From Eledone cirrhosa (Eukaryota): a stretch of DNA of 64,000 bases. The translations under genes were made by a program, and so were the position numbers. A model generated the notes under the pieces. That model worked only from the letters and a program-made list of their open reading frames with translations. It was not told the origin of the DNA and did not search any database. This document shows, one piece after another, positions 1 to 12,560 of the stretch (position 1 is the stretch's first letter; each line of letters starts with the position of its first letter). Where the stretch lies: NCBI GenBank assembly GCA_964016885.1, contig OZ024741.1:174840001-174904000 (forward strand), given 5' to 3'.

Positions 1-720
1 TAGAAAGACATGGGATGAAGTAGTGAACACTGATGTCCACCTAGGCTCAGTCCTCAGTCTACACCTATTTATCATTATCCTTTAGGCCATAACTGAGGAG
101 TTCATGACTGGCATTCCATGTGAACCCAGTAAGCTGTCAATTTAATCTTTATAGCTGAGTCTGTGAGAAAGTTAGAGAAAAAATTCCAAGCATAGAATAA
201 AAACATAGAAGTGAAAGGCTTAAGAGTAAACTTAAAGTCTTAATAAGTAGGAAAAGAAGCTGTTACTGTCAGAGCAATGGTCTTGCTTGATGTGTCGAAA
301 AGGAGTGAGCAGAAACTCCATAAGGGGCACACAGTGTAACCTATGGACCAAAGAGATGGTGGGATTACAGGCAGACTAATAAAGAAGATAGATTTTATAT
401 GTAGTAAGTACACAGGAAGAGTAAGCACAAAGAGCACACCCAAAACAGATTTGCTGAATTGCCAGGGATGCTCCCTAGAGGTTGTTGACAGCTTTTGTTA
501 CCTAGGTGATTAAATCAGTAGTTAGGGAGTAGACTGGAAGAAAATTAGAGAACTAGTACCCCTGCTGACAACAAAGAGCTTCTCTTTCAGAGTGAATGGA
601 AACTGTGGAATGGGTAAACCCAGGAAAACTTGGCATGACGTGGTAACGCTGACCTCATGAAGATGACACAGGACCAGGGCATCGGAGGACATGCTGCACT
701 CCAGAAGACTCACTTTCTCA
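1..720 (+). mobile_element. Degenerate RTE-clade LINE fragment (RT C-terminal part)
   Basis: Broken translation [31 protein letters not shown] and GKPRKTW matches the intact RTE ORFs in this window; many stops and frameshifts. Confidence 0.85.
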
Positions 721-1506
721 CACGCGCAGCATGTAATGCAAGCAAAGAGAGAGGTAGACAGACCCGACTCCTCTGTCTACCTTCTTGCCCTTAATCATCC
801 CATTCATTATGTGCCCCTGCATCCACATTCTTTACTCCCACTCCCTTCACCTAACCCTTGCCAGCAGAGACAGAAATGCCCCACACTCACAATTTACATT
901 CTCTACATAACTCATGTCAGCATGGAAGAAAAAATACTCCACACTCCAACTACATAACTGATTTACTTCTTTGTCCAAGCCATGCCAGCTTAGAAAGCCA
1001 GGCATTCTGCACAATATACCACTAGACACAACTCTCTCTTCAGAGCCATCCCATGCCAGTATAACCCCCCCCCCCCACACTTTTATCAATGTCTACCCTA
1101 TGATTGTGTCACAATAAAAATGCACCCATCTTAGACCATACTAGATACGTAAACCCACCCAACCCCTACCATATACGCACACATACACATACACCAATAC
1201 ATGGAACCACACAATACACATCAATAACCAGACATCCCTGCCAAACACACATACTTACAGGTGTATGTGTCTGTACACATATACATTTGTGTTTGTGGGC
1301 ATATGCACGCGCACCCCTCACCTCAACCCCAAAACCCATAAGCCGGATCACTCCCCCCTTCCTTTTTATTTTCTTTGTGCTTTTCCTGATGAAGGGAAAA
1401 ATGTTCAATACGTTGACTATGTAATTCACTCTTTCTTTTAAGCGTGAAACTAATATGACTTTGTTAATGCATCCTCTTGTTTGTTCGTTTCTTGTTTCCT
1501 TGATAA

Positions 1507-1509
<3 letters not shown>

Positions 1510-1558
<49 letters not shown>

Positions 1559-1720
1559 ATATATATATAACTATATATATATATATATATATATATGTGT
1601 ATATATATATAACTATATATATATAAATATAAATATATATATGTAGATTATATACATACATACATACATACATATATATGTGTGTGTGTAGATAGATAGA
1701 TAGAAATAGACAGATAGACA
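1510..1720. repeat. (TA)n / (TACA)n / (GATA)n compound microsatellite
   Basis: Directly visible. Confidence 0.95.
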
Positions 1721-2403
1721 GCACCATTGGCAAAGGTTATAGAATATTTGCACGCTACCCCCATTTTACATTTGTATTTCATAAATTCTAAATAAAATTA
1801 AAAAAATTAAAATGTTTTGACAGATCATAAAATTGGTGTGTAAGAGACGGACAAAAAGGATGTAGATTTATTATAATATTGATTAATATTATTCTATTAA
1901 TACTAAACAGCTAAGCAGTTAGTGTCATTAGAAATAATTAATATAAAGTTTGGCCTATAGTCCTAACTAAGAACAACAGTAAGCTGTTGTTGCAACTACT
2001 CTACTCTGCTCTACAATACACAATAGCACAATATTTTGTAACTTATACAAAAATCATGAAAATTGCATGGCATTTTGCCTATGTGCTGGGGTCGTGCATA
2101 ATTCCTCTCGTCTACCTTGCTTCAGAGAGAAACAAATTTGGTTAACGTTTACAATTTTAAGTTGAGAGAGAGAACAGGAGAGAATGTTGCAGAAGCAATA
2201 CCTGCCTCAAAATTTCTTTTTATTCAACACTAAATCTCCAAGAGAGCTTAAAAAGTGATAGCAAGATATAGATATCTAGAAAGGAAGGTAGATATAGATA
2301 TACAGAAAGTAAGATAGCTATAGATATATAGAAAGGTAGATAGATATAGCTAGATAAATATACATTATGGATGATAGAGATAGATAGACAGAGAGAGAGG
2401 GGA

Positions 2404-2445
<42 letters not shown>

Positions 2446-2806
2446 AAAAGGCACAACTTCATGTGTTATGCATGTAAAATTAGGAAATGTCACGAAGACC
2501 AGTGACATGCATTGTGTAGTGTGTTCTTTAACATGGTAGATTATTCTACTGATTCCAAGGTGTTTTTCACCCCCACCAACAAGCTGTAAAATAGATATTT
2601 GTTGAAGTGGTTGTGATTAGATGAGGTATATACCTGCTCCTATTCCATGTACTTAAATGTATGTCTAAGTTTACAGAAACATCCAAAGTATGCCAGCAAA
2701 GAAAAACTGACATACAATTTAGCCAATGAGTGAACTTCTAACTAAATCGCTCTACTTGCTCACACACATAGTAAGCAAATTTCCCCTGATCATCTTCTAG
2801 ATAGGT

Positions 2807-2838
<32 letters not shown>

Positions 2839-2919
2839 TTAAAAATATATAAGACCTGATTTTTAGTACAGCATATACTAAGATGAAAGATCAACTCCAA
2901 AATGCTGAGCAAATAAATG

Positions 2920-3235
2920 CAAACGTGGCTGTGTGGTTAGGGAGCTTGCTTCACAGCCATATGTTTTTGTATTAGTCCCATTACATTGAAGGCATATGTC
3001 TTTTTCTATAGACATGGGTTGACCAATGCTGTCTAAGTAAAAATTGGTACATATAAACTGTGTGAAAGCCTGTCATATATATATTGGCATTAGGAAGGAC
3101 ATCCAGTTGTAGAAACCAAGTCAAAATCAGCCCTGTGAGAGTGAAACTCTGTCCTCCGGCCAGATCTCTCACAAAAGAATAGCCTGTTCAACACATGCTA
3201 TCGTGAAAATGGGTTAAACGATGATGATGATAATG
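2920..3235 (+). mobile_element. Degenerate tRNA-derived SINE with RTE-type tail
   Basis: A-box-like gtggctgtgtggttag head; tail motif ggcattaggaaggacatccagttgtagaaa and terminal (GAT)n shared with the RTE 3' ends here. Confidence 0.6.
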
Positions 3236-5049
3236 TGCGTGTGTGTGTGTATCCGTGTTTACATCAAGGGTTTGTTTATATCCATCATCATCATGTCTGC
3301 TTTATCCCAGACTTATTTGAGGCAGTACTCTACAGCTAGATGTTCTTCCTGATGCCAACCTGTATTGTATTTTGAAGTATGGTACTTATAAACTACAAAT
3401 CTTTGTCAAACTGCTTAACTGCAGGACATAAACAAATGTCATGACTTGCTTAAATGATGTCAATGTGAAGATATGGAGGCACACACATACACACACATAT
3501 ATATACATAGATACACACAAGAGCTTTCATTCAATTTATGTCTGGCAAATTTACTTACAAGGCACTGGTCGGTCTGAAGATATAATAGAAGTCCAAGGTG
3601 CCAAGGTGTCGGGATTCAACTTGAAACCTTGTGGCTGTGAAGGTAAACTTCTTAACTATATAGCTATGCCTATGATAAGTCATATTATGTAAAGTTAAAT
3701 GAATATCAAATGAAATGGAAATGAAATAGACAGCTCACACTTATGTAGGTTCAGTTGGCTTCCTATGTGGTTTAGGAAGTTTCTTGGGGGGTTTAATGTT
3801 TGAGGTCACATTCCTCTCATAAAAAACTGTGAAATGAAGTGTCTTGTTCAAGAACACAGCAAGCTGCTCAGTCCAAGAATCAAACTAATGAATATGAGTC
3901 CAAGATATTAACCACCGAGCCCTGCGCAATATTCATAACAAAAATGAAATAGGAAATTCAATGTAAAAATTATTTAAAAACCAAGAGGTGAGAATACAGA
4001 CATATGATGTGATTGTCTGTAGAGATGTTAGCAAAAATAGTAAGTGGAAACAGAAAGAAATGTTTACACATTTATTGATAGCCATAGATTTTGTTCTTAA
4101 ACTGAAGAACAATTTCAAGTTTGAAGTGAATGAAATCTTAGGAATAAAGAATGGAGAATTTCTTTTAAGAAGGAAGACTTTGTATTCTTATGGAATTAAG
4201 TTAGTCTTTAAGTATGTTTCTATTCTTTAGGAGAGTGGCCAGTTCTAATGATCAAATTGGTTCAGCCATGTCATCAGTTATTGATTAACAAAAGAATTGG
4301 CTTCATGACATAAAATTGCCTGGCCTGAAAAATCAATGCTATTGTAAAGCATGTATCTTCTTTGGATAAAAATGAAAGCAGTTAGATGTGAGTGTAATCT
4401 ATTTACTAACACCTTTAATACTGCTACTACAATGGTCTCTACACTCTAGTCATCTCTGCTTTTTCCAGGTCTCTCACTAACCCCTATGACCAGTCTTTCT
4501 TTCTTGTCCAGAACTTTTGCATTCTGTCAAAAGTAATGAATTGGACCTTGGGTGTCTTTAGTAGACTTCAATGTGCTCCAAATCTACTGTGTCACTGTTT
4601 AATGCCTATAAATTATGCTTGCATGGGTTAGATGGGTTGTTACATACAGAGGTTTGATTAATCAGGTAACCACATCTTATTTGTATGCTTCGTTTTTAGA
4701 TTGGTTTCTATGACTAGATGTCCTTCCTAATACCAACAACTTTATAGTATTTACTGGAAAAATTTTGTGACACCAGCCCTACCACTTTACAGGGTGGACT
4801 GGGTACTTTTTATTGTAGCACTGCCACTTTACAGGGTAGATGGGCACCAGCATTAGCTCATTACAACACTAGGGAGCACAGTGTGTCCTTGACAGGGTTA
4901 AGGAGGCATTGATGGGAGAGGTGGGTGTAAAAACAAAAGGGGTGTCAGCTATATGCTGCTGACTGGGCATCCCACAATTGCCTGATATATAAAAAATATG
5001 TAACTATGTTATAAATCATAAGCAAGAACCAAATCCACGAGAATCCAAA

Positions 5050-5280
5050 CTCATTGAAAACTACCAGCTCAGATGGTTAAAGCCTGAATGCCAAGACTGT
5101 CCAAAGAAATTATCTTGTACACTGTATGCACAGAAGGTCACTGTTCAAGGGTATACCTAAGAAACACTTTTAAGATCATGCCCTTATTTAACATTCAACC
5201 TAACAACTGGGGAAAAGTAGCTAAAGATCAAAAGTACTGGAGACAAAATTGCAATAGAGATGGAAGGATTTACTAAAATT
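5050..5280 (+). mobile_element. Old RTE (BovB-like) C-terminal fragment
   Basis: Patchy translation ENYQLRWL..RLSKEIILY..NIQPNNWGKVAKDQKYWR resembles the RTE ORF C-terminus. Confidence 0.45.
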
Positions 5281-7679
5281 TTTACTAATAATAACAATAA
5301 TAAATCAATGTACATGTATGGCCTTGTGCCAATGTTAGGTAAGAATCGACATTATGACAGGAATTTAATATTGGTTCAATGTGTGAAGAATATTTCGGAG
5401 TTATACTAGTTTAGCAAGTGACTAAATTTGAGACTATGTGTTGATACTGAAGCAGTTGCATCGTAGAAGAGTCATTGTAGCCATTAACCCTTTTGATACC
5501 AAATCCCTTGAAACTACCACTGGTTCAATGAGTATATAGTATATTTAGGAGTTGTTCTTGTTTGGCAAGTGACTTGATTTGGGAGCATGTGTTGAAACTG
5601 AAGCAATTACTTTGGCCATTGGTCCTTTTGATACCAAACTGCTCTTGGTTCTATTATACAAAAATGTTTATATTTATTTTAAAATCCTTCATCATAATTT
5701 TATGTTAAAACCATTGTTGCTTCAAACACCAGCTTAATAATGAGAAAGTGAAGTTTTACTACTAAATCCTTTCAAATTTTTTATTATTTTCAAAATGTTT
5801 TCATAAGAAATATTCTAATGAAATGGTTACAAGAAAGAAAAAGCTACAATACTTTGGTCATATTATCAGGGACCACTGCACACAAATCCTAGAAGGATGC
5901 ATCAAAGATTTGAGAGGGAGAATGCTGGCAGAGTGCATAGTTGTGGTGAGGGAGAAGAGCCAGTGGGGAGCATTGGTATAATTGCCCATGGTACCCAACC
6001 CTCAGCAATGAGGATAGGAACAGACCAGATGAAGCTTAAAAATTACAGAAACACAAGCAATTGTGTCATATTCACTTTTAATTTATATTGTGGTGACAAA
6101 TTTTGTCACACTCTTTGTCACTGACACAATTCTACAGTTGCAGTGGAGTTGCATCATTGACTAATGTTACAAAGAGTGTGATGAAAATTTAGACACATGA
6201 AATAAATGAAAAGTTAATATAACATTTTTTGTGTATTTAAAAAATTTCTCTGGCTGTGCATTGTGTCCTTCAGCAAGACACTTTCTTTCATGTTGCTCTC
6301 CACATGTTGCTCAAACACATACAAGTTAATTTCACAAGCAGGTGGTTCTGTTGATCAAACAGCTGGAACACTCATTGTTAGAACCAACAAAAGAAAGCAA
6401 GAAAGAGAATTTGTTTTTGAATAGATAAAATGACTTCCATGAAAGAGTTAGTTGATGAGAAATAGAGATACTCTGTTCTGAGTCAACAAAGGGAGCTATA
6501 TGTGGTCATTCCACCAATTAGAAATAGTAACCAAATTCGTCTCAAACCACACCTTACTATCTTTAATTTTTTTTGTTACCATATTTCTAATGAAAGACAC
6601 TGTCTATAAATTTCAAATAATTTTGAAAATAATCCAGAGTTTGGAGGAATTTAGTAATATAACTAACTTTCTCATTATTAAGTTGGTGTGTGGATCATAT
6701 CTTAAAGCTTCTTAGACAAAACTGCAATGGAAGGTTTTTAGATAAATATATACACTTTAAAAGAAACAGCATTGTACCAAAGAACCAGGGGGCAGAAATG
6801 AAAAAAAAATGAGATACATTAGATAATATAGTTCTGGATACATTGGCAGAAAATAAGATGAATTGGTCATTGCTGGAACGCTTTGAACAGAGATGAACTG
6901 GAGGCTAAACAACTACAATTAATCAATTTTGCAACAGACACATTTCAGCAGTATCATCATCATTCACAGCTAATACCTACCAATTGCAAAGCAAAGGCCT
7001 TCTTAAATCCAGTGCTGATTGCTCCTATCTCAGCCTTTTCTCATCCATATAAAGTCCATGAATTTATTGACCTCATCCTCTGTTTACATTGACTATGGGA
7101 ACCTGGCCCCAAGTCATATACATAAATTAGTTCATCTGTCTTCATTTGTTCCTGGCACATGACCTGCCCACTTCTATTCTCATTTTTCAATATGTTTCAG
7201 TGGTCCATGCACATATTATGTGAGCATGTGTTTGTGTGTGTGTGTATGTAACTCTTACACATGTGTCTAGTTTACAAAAGACATAAATATAAACAACACT
7301 GCCCTCCACAATGCAACATGAACTTATAATGATAAGGTTATGTATGAGTCATAACGTGGCTTATAGCCACTCATGTGCTTTCCTTTACTTCCTGTACATA
7401 AAGCAATTAGGTGAAAAACTCCAATAAAAACAAGCAGTAAAAACCAAAAACAAAGATTGCAAAGATACTGTAAGCTGTAACCAGAATTCTCCTTTTTAGC
7501 TATTTATTTATGAGATCTTTCCTCCACTTTCCACCATAAATATTTATGAAAAAAAAATGCAAATAACAAAAATATATAAAAAAGTAATATCAACAAAATT
7601 ATGACAAAAGATTATGAATTACTTTGTAAATGTTTGGTGATGATATAAAAAAAAAGGGTTAAATATCTATGAATGGCCA

Positions 7680-8935
7680 TTTTTCTATGCTAGCATGGGT
7701 TATTGTGAGCAATGCCAGGTGAGGTGACCATGTCTTGCTCCTACAGAATTGATTTTGGTCTGGTTTCTACAGCTGGATGCCCATCCTAACGCCAACCACA
7801 TTTACAGTAAGTGGTTTTTGTAACATCCGCACGATCCCTTTACAGTGTAGGCTGGGTGCTTTTTGTCGCGACACCTATATATATATATATATAGAGAGAG
7901 AGAGATCATTTCTGTTTTCTATTTTTAATCGGTTATGGATCTCAGAAAGCTTACCATCTGATCTTATTGATGCTAACATTTCTCTTTGCCAACATCATAC
8001 TCTAGAGGCTGACAGGGTGGACTGGGCACGTGTTTGTCATGTTATCAGCATATCCTCTATATAGGGTGGATTTGAGGTCTCCTGTCATGTCACCAACACA
8101 ACCATCATATGGAGTGCATTTGGAGCTGCCTCTTATTATGTTATGAGTATGACCAACTTATAGGATAGACTGAGTGCTTTTGTTGTACCAGATTGCCATA
8201 CAGGGTGGATAAAGTGCTTTTTGTCATGGCAGCAGCATTATGGGAGCAGAAGGAAGCATATTTGGAGCATGCCCAACTTTCCATGCTTGAATGTTGGAGG
8301 TGAGCATGAAAGGTGATGTGAGGCGGAGGTATTTAGTTGGCGAGGATGAGGGTATTAAGACTAGGAAAGGTGAATGGGGGATTGTGAAGGAAATGCTAGT
8401 TGTAAGCTAGTGTCCTTTACATGTTGTTTCATCCTACATATATGGGAAGGTTGGTCTTCTGCAGTACAATATAATGCCTGAGATCCCGATCCAGTGTTAT
8501 GAGGTTTGATTGTGCAAGGTCAGCTTTGATCACTTCATATCAAGCTTTCCTAGGTCTTTCTCTGCCAGAGTTTCCAACAACTTTGAGTAGCCTGCACCTT
8601 TTTATACAGCTGCCATCTTCCGTACACATCACATGTGCATACAACCAGTCTCCTCTCCTGTACAATGCATCCAATCCCTCTTATGCCTGGTTTCTCTCTA
8701 AGTTCATTTAGGCTTCTATTACACATCCATTGAAGCATGCAAACTTCATTTCTTTCCAATCTTCATAGGTCCTCTGCACACACTGTCTTCCATGCAGCAT
8801 TGTCATACAACCTTTCTTTCATTTTAAGGGAAAACCCTTCGTAGTGAGCAGTGGTTACTATACTTTCAGAACACCCACCTCCACTGCTAATCTGGTCACC
8901 CAGGTAGTAGAAGCTATCAATTACTTCCTATCTAC
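7680..8935 (-). mobile_element. Degenerate 5'-truncated RTE LINE (ORF end + 3' UTR)
   Basis: ORF 8550-8759 ERNEVCMLQWMCN..GIRGIGCIVQERRL; 3' UTR motif (reverse complement) ctacagctggatgcccatcctaacgccaacc at ~7770. Confidence 0.8.
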
Positions 8936-8939
8936 ATAT

Positions 8940-9242
8940 AAAGTCTGTCTCAAGCCAGAAGGATCATTAGGCCAGTGTTTATCCTGGTTTCATGGCACGA
9001 AGCGATTGAGAATACAAGACTCCCCTCTGGACAGGATGCCAGTCCATCGCAGGGTTAAACCTCCAGCTATTGCTGGTACTCATTTTCAGCTGAATACAAG
9101 GAGCAATGTGAAATGAAGTATTTTGCTCAAGACACGCAACACAGCCCAGGAATTGAACCTATGAGATTATGATCGTAAATCCAACACCACTAGGTTATGT
9201 TGTCGAAGATCTAGTGCCTACCACTAGTCCACGCGTCTCCAC
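8940..9242 (-). mobile_element. tRNA-derived SINE (CORE-like centre; tail ccctgcgatggactggcatcctgtccag)
   Basis: A box tggactagtggta, B box ggttcaattcc, CORE-like tcttgagcaaaatacttcatttcacattgctcc; same family as 63153-63375. Confidence 0.8.
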
Positions 9243-9286
9243 ATATATATGCATATACATACATATATATAAATATACACACACAC

Positions 9287-9329
<43 letters not shown>

Positions 9330-9341
9330 CACACACATATA

Positions 9342-10226
9342 CAGGGTGCGGACGATATTTGTTCGCAAGATTACTGTCTAGGAAAAAATAACACAGTAGC
9401 TTTATTTTTTAAGATTTATTTATCAAACTTGGGTCAGTTTGTCTTCATGACTTGTTCTTTCGATCTCACTTGATAAACCCGCCATTGGCTTTGATGACGG
9501 CCTCAAGGCGGCTTCGGAACCGGTTACAGGCCTTCGTCACTGTCCCCCGACTTAGGCCCCTAAAGGTACTTGTGATCCAGGCCTTCAGATCGTCTTTCAT
9601 ATTGCAACTAGATCTGTTGGTGTCTCGTTCCACTGCGCCCCACACAAAGAAGTCGAGGGGGTTGCAGTCAGGCGAGCTGGGAGGCCAGATGTCAGGTGAA
9701 GTGTGGTCGACAAAGTTCTCTGACAGCCAGGCTTGGGTCTTTCGGCTGGTATGGCTGAGTCTTGCTGCCACACATATGGCCTACCTGCAGCTACCTGGTC
9801 GATCCTGGGCTTTACTACCTCGCTCAGAACGTGGATGTAGCCATTGGTGTTCAGCTGGAGGCCCTCAGGGAAGAGGTGAGGTGGCATGACGTCACCTTGA
9901 CTGCTGACGACACCTAAGACCAATGTTGTCGCTGGAAACTTTGTCTGCATGACTCTGGGCACGTCTTTGGATGAGACAGCGAGCCACCTGTTGTTCTGGG
10001 AGTTGATCTTCTGGTCTTATTTGTCCTCCCGGCGCGGATTCCAAGAAGAACTCCGTGTCTCTTCCACAAATTTGGGGGTTCAAAATTATTCATAATCAAT
10101 TATTTCTGAAAATAAATAATGGAAATATAGTCACTGTTTTTATGATGACAAGAGTGACAACGGAAGTAAAAAAATTTGCATAAAATTAGCAGTTGAAAAT
10201 TGCGAACAAATATCCTCCGCACCCTG
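9342..10226 (-). mobile_element. Internally deleted Tc1/mariner-superfamily DNA transposon, probably DD37D (maT)
   Basis: 27-bp TIRs cagggtgcggacgatatttgttcgcaa (9342-9368) and ttgcgaacaaatatcctccgcaccctg (10200-10226), TA on both sides; transposase remnants DQKINSQNNRW, WQQDSA, WPPSSPDCNPLDFFVW with a frameshift. Confidence 0.92.
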
Positions 10227-10349
10227 TATATATATATTATATATATATACATACATATACATACACACATATATATATACATACACATACACAACACACA
10301 TGTATATATATATATATACGTATTCATACATATACATACATGCATACAT

Positions 10350-10637
10350 AATCGACGACCTCGAGGATGTGCTTCACAAAAGACCCATGCGCTGGTACGG
10401 CCATGTCGATCGTAGTGAGGGGTGGATCAACAAAGTGATTAATGTCGATCCAGGAAGACCAAAAAGGATTTGAATGGAGGATACCCGTTGGGATCAATCT
10501 AGGCTTGGGTTGGCCCAAGTGAGACCGTGTGGACAGAAACAAATGGAGCGAGATGCTAAGGAACGCTGTCAAGCAGGACCCACTCCTACTTAGGGATTGT
10601 GTTCTGCATAATAAAACAATAAAAAACTGGCTCATGA
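10350..10637 (+). mobile_element. 3'-terminal fragment of a third RTE family
   Basis: Translates to [27 protein letters not shown]; runs directly into (AT)n. Confidence 0.7.
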
Positions 10638-10764
10638 TATATATATATATATATATACATACAATCCTTATCAAGCCATCTTTAAATTTTGGTCTTTGTA
10701 AGTATTTTTACTATATATACATATATACATATATATATATATACACATATATATATATATATAT

Positions 10765-10801
<37 letters not shown>

Positions 10802-10810
10802 CATATATAT

Positions 10811-11406
10811 GGTGGCTGCCAACTCGTTTCCGAGTACGGCCACTACTTTATATCCATGTAGGAGAAACCCTACCGATGCGCTGAACGAGTGTGACTTTTT
10901 AGTCCAGCCAGCGACTTGAAAACTCTGGTACAAACACTACACTTGTGACAATTATTGACACATAGTGCTGGGCCCATGGTACCATGTGACGACAAGTGCA
11001 GAGAGATCTCCAGATAGAAAGCAATGCCTGTGCCGTGAAGCTTTTATAGTGAGCAAAGGCACTGCACAAAGCCAGTCCCACTCTCTTAACCAAGATGATA
11101 TTTACCAAAAAGAAGAACAAGTCAACATCATTGGATTCCATCAGAGTTGCAGGTGTTATATCAGAGTTTTCCTTCTCCTAGAATTCTGCCTAAAGGGTCA
11201 ACTCTCCCGGTGATTTTGGATGGCCATTGACCCTTAAGAGCTCCTTTGCCCTTTGACAGGTTTTGTTTTTAGTCCTGCAGGATGTCCAAAGTCACCCCCC
11301 TCACCAAGAAACCTTGGTGGGGTTGCCAGTTTAGTCGCCAACGACCCGACCATGAGTCAGGTTGTACTGGGATACATGTTACCAGTAGCACCAACTGGTG
11401 AATGAC
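10811..11406 (-). mobile_element. Short non-autonomous RTE-derived element, copy 1
   Basis: Three similar copies share a fixed 3' end (stem-loop then (AT)n) and have variable 5' ends; encodes the remnant [25 protein letters not shown] (C2H2 finger, 10870-10950). Confidence 0.75.
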
Positions 11407-11654
11407 ATATATATACATATATATATACATACATATATATATATATATACATACATATATATATATACATACATATATATATATACATACATATATATAT
11501 ACATATATATATATATATACATATATATATACATACATATATATATACATACATATATATATACATACATATATATATATACATATATATATATATACAT
11601 ATATATACATATATATATATACATACATATATATATATATATATACATATATAT

Positions 11655-12219
11655 GGTGGCTGCCAACTCGTTTTCAAGTATGGCCACTACTTTATATCCA
11701 TGTAGGAGAATGCCTACCGATGCGCTGAACGAGTGTGACTTTTTAGTCCAGCCAGCGACTTGAAAACTCTGGTACAAACACTACACTTGTGACAATTATT
11801 GACACATAGAGCTGGGCCCATGGTACCATGTGACGACAAGTGCAGAGAGATCTCCAGATAGAAAGCAATGCCTGTGCCGTGAAGCTTTTATAGTGAGCAA
11901 AGGCACTGCACAAAGCCAGTCCCACTCTCTTAACCAAGATGATATTTACCAAAAAGAAGAACAAGTCAACATCATTGGATACCATCAGGGTTGCAGGTGT
12001 TATATCAGAGTTCTCCTTCTCCTAGAATTCTGCCTTGACAAAGGCTAAGGGGTCATCTCTCCCGGTGATTTTGGATGGCCATTGACTCTTAAGAGCTCCT
12101 TTGCCCTTTGACAGGTTTTGTTTTTAGTCCTGCAGGATGTCGAAAGTCACCCTCCTCATCAAGAAATCTTGGTGGGGTTGCCAGTTTAGTCGCCAACGAC
12201 CCGACCATGAGACAGGTTG
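11655..12219 (-). mobile_element. Short non-autonomous RTE-derived element, copy 2
   Basis: Near-identical to 10811-11360. Confidence 0.75.
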
Positions 12220-12439
12220 TATATATATATACATACATATATATATATATATATATACATACTTATATATATACATATACATACATATTATGCAGGACCC
12301 ACTCTTATTTAAGGATTGTGTTCTGCATAATAAAACAATAAAAAACTGGCTCATGATATATATATATATATATATATATACATACAATCCTTATCAAGCC
12401 ATCTTTGAATTTTGGTCTTTGTAAGTATTTTTACTATAT

Positions 12440-12560
<121 letters not shown>

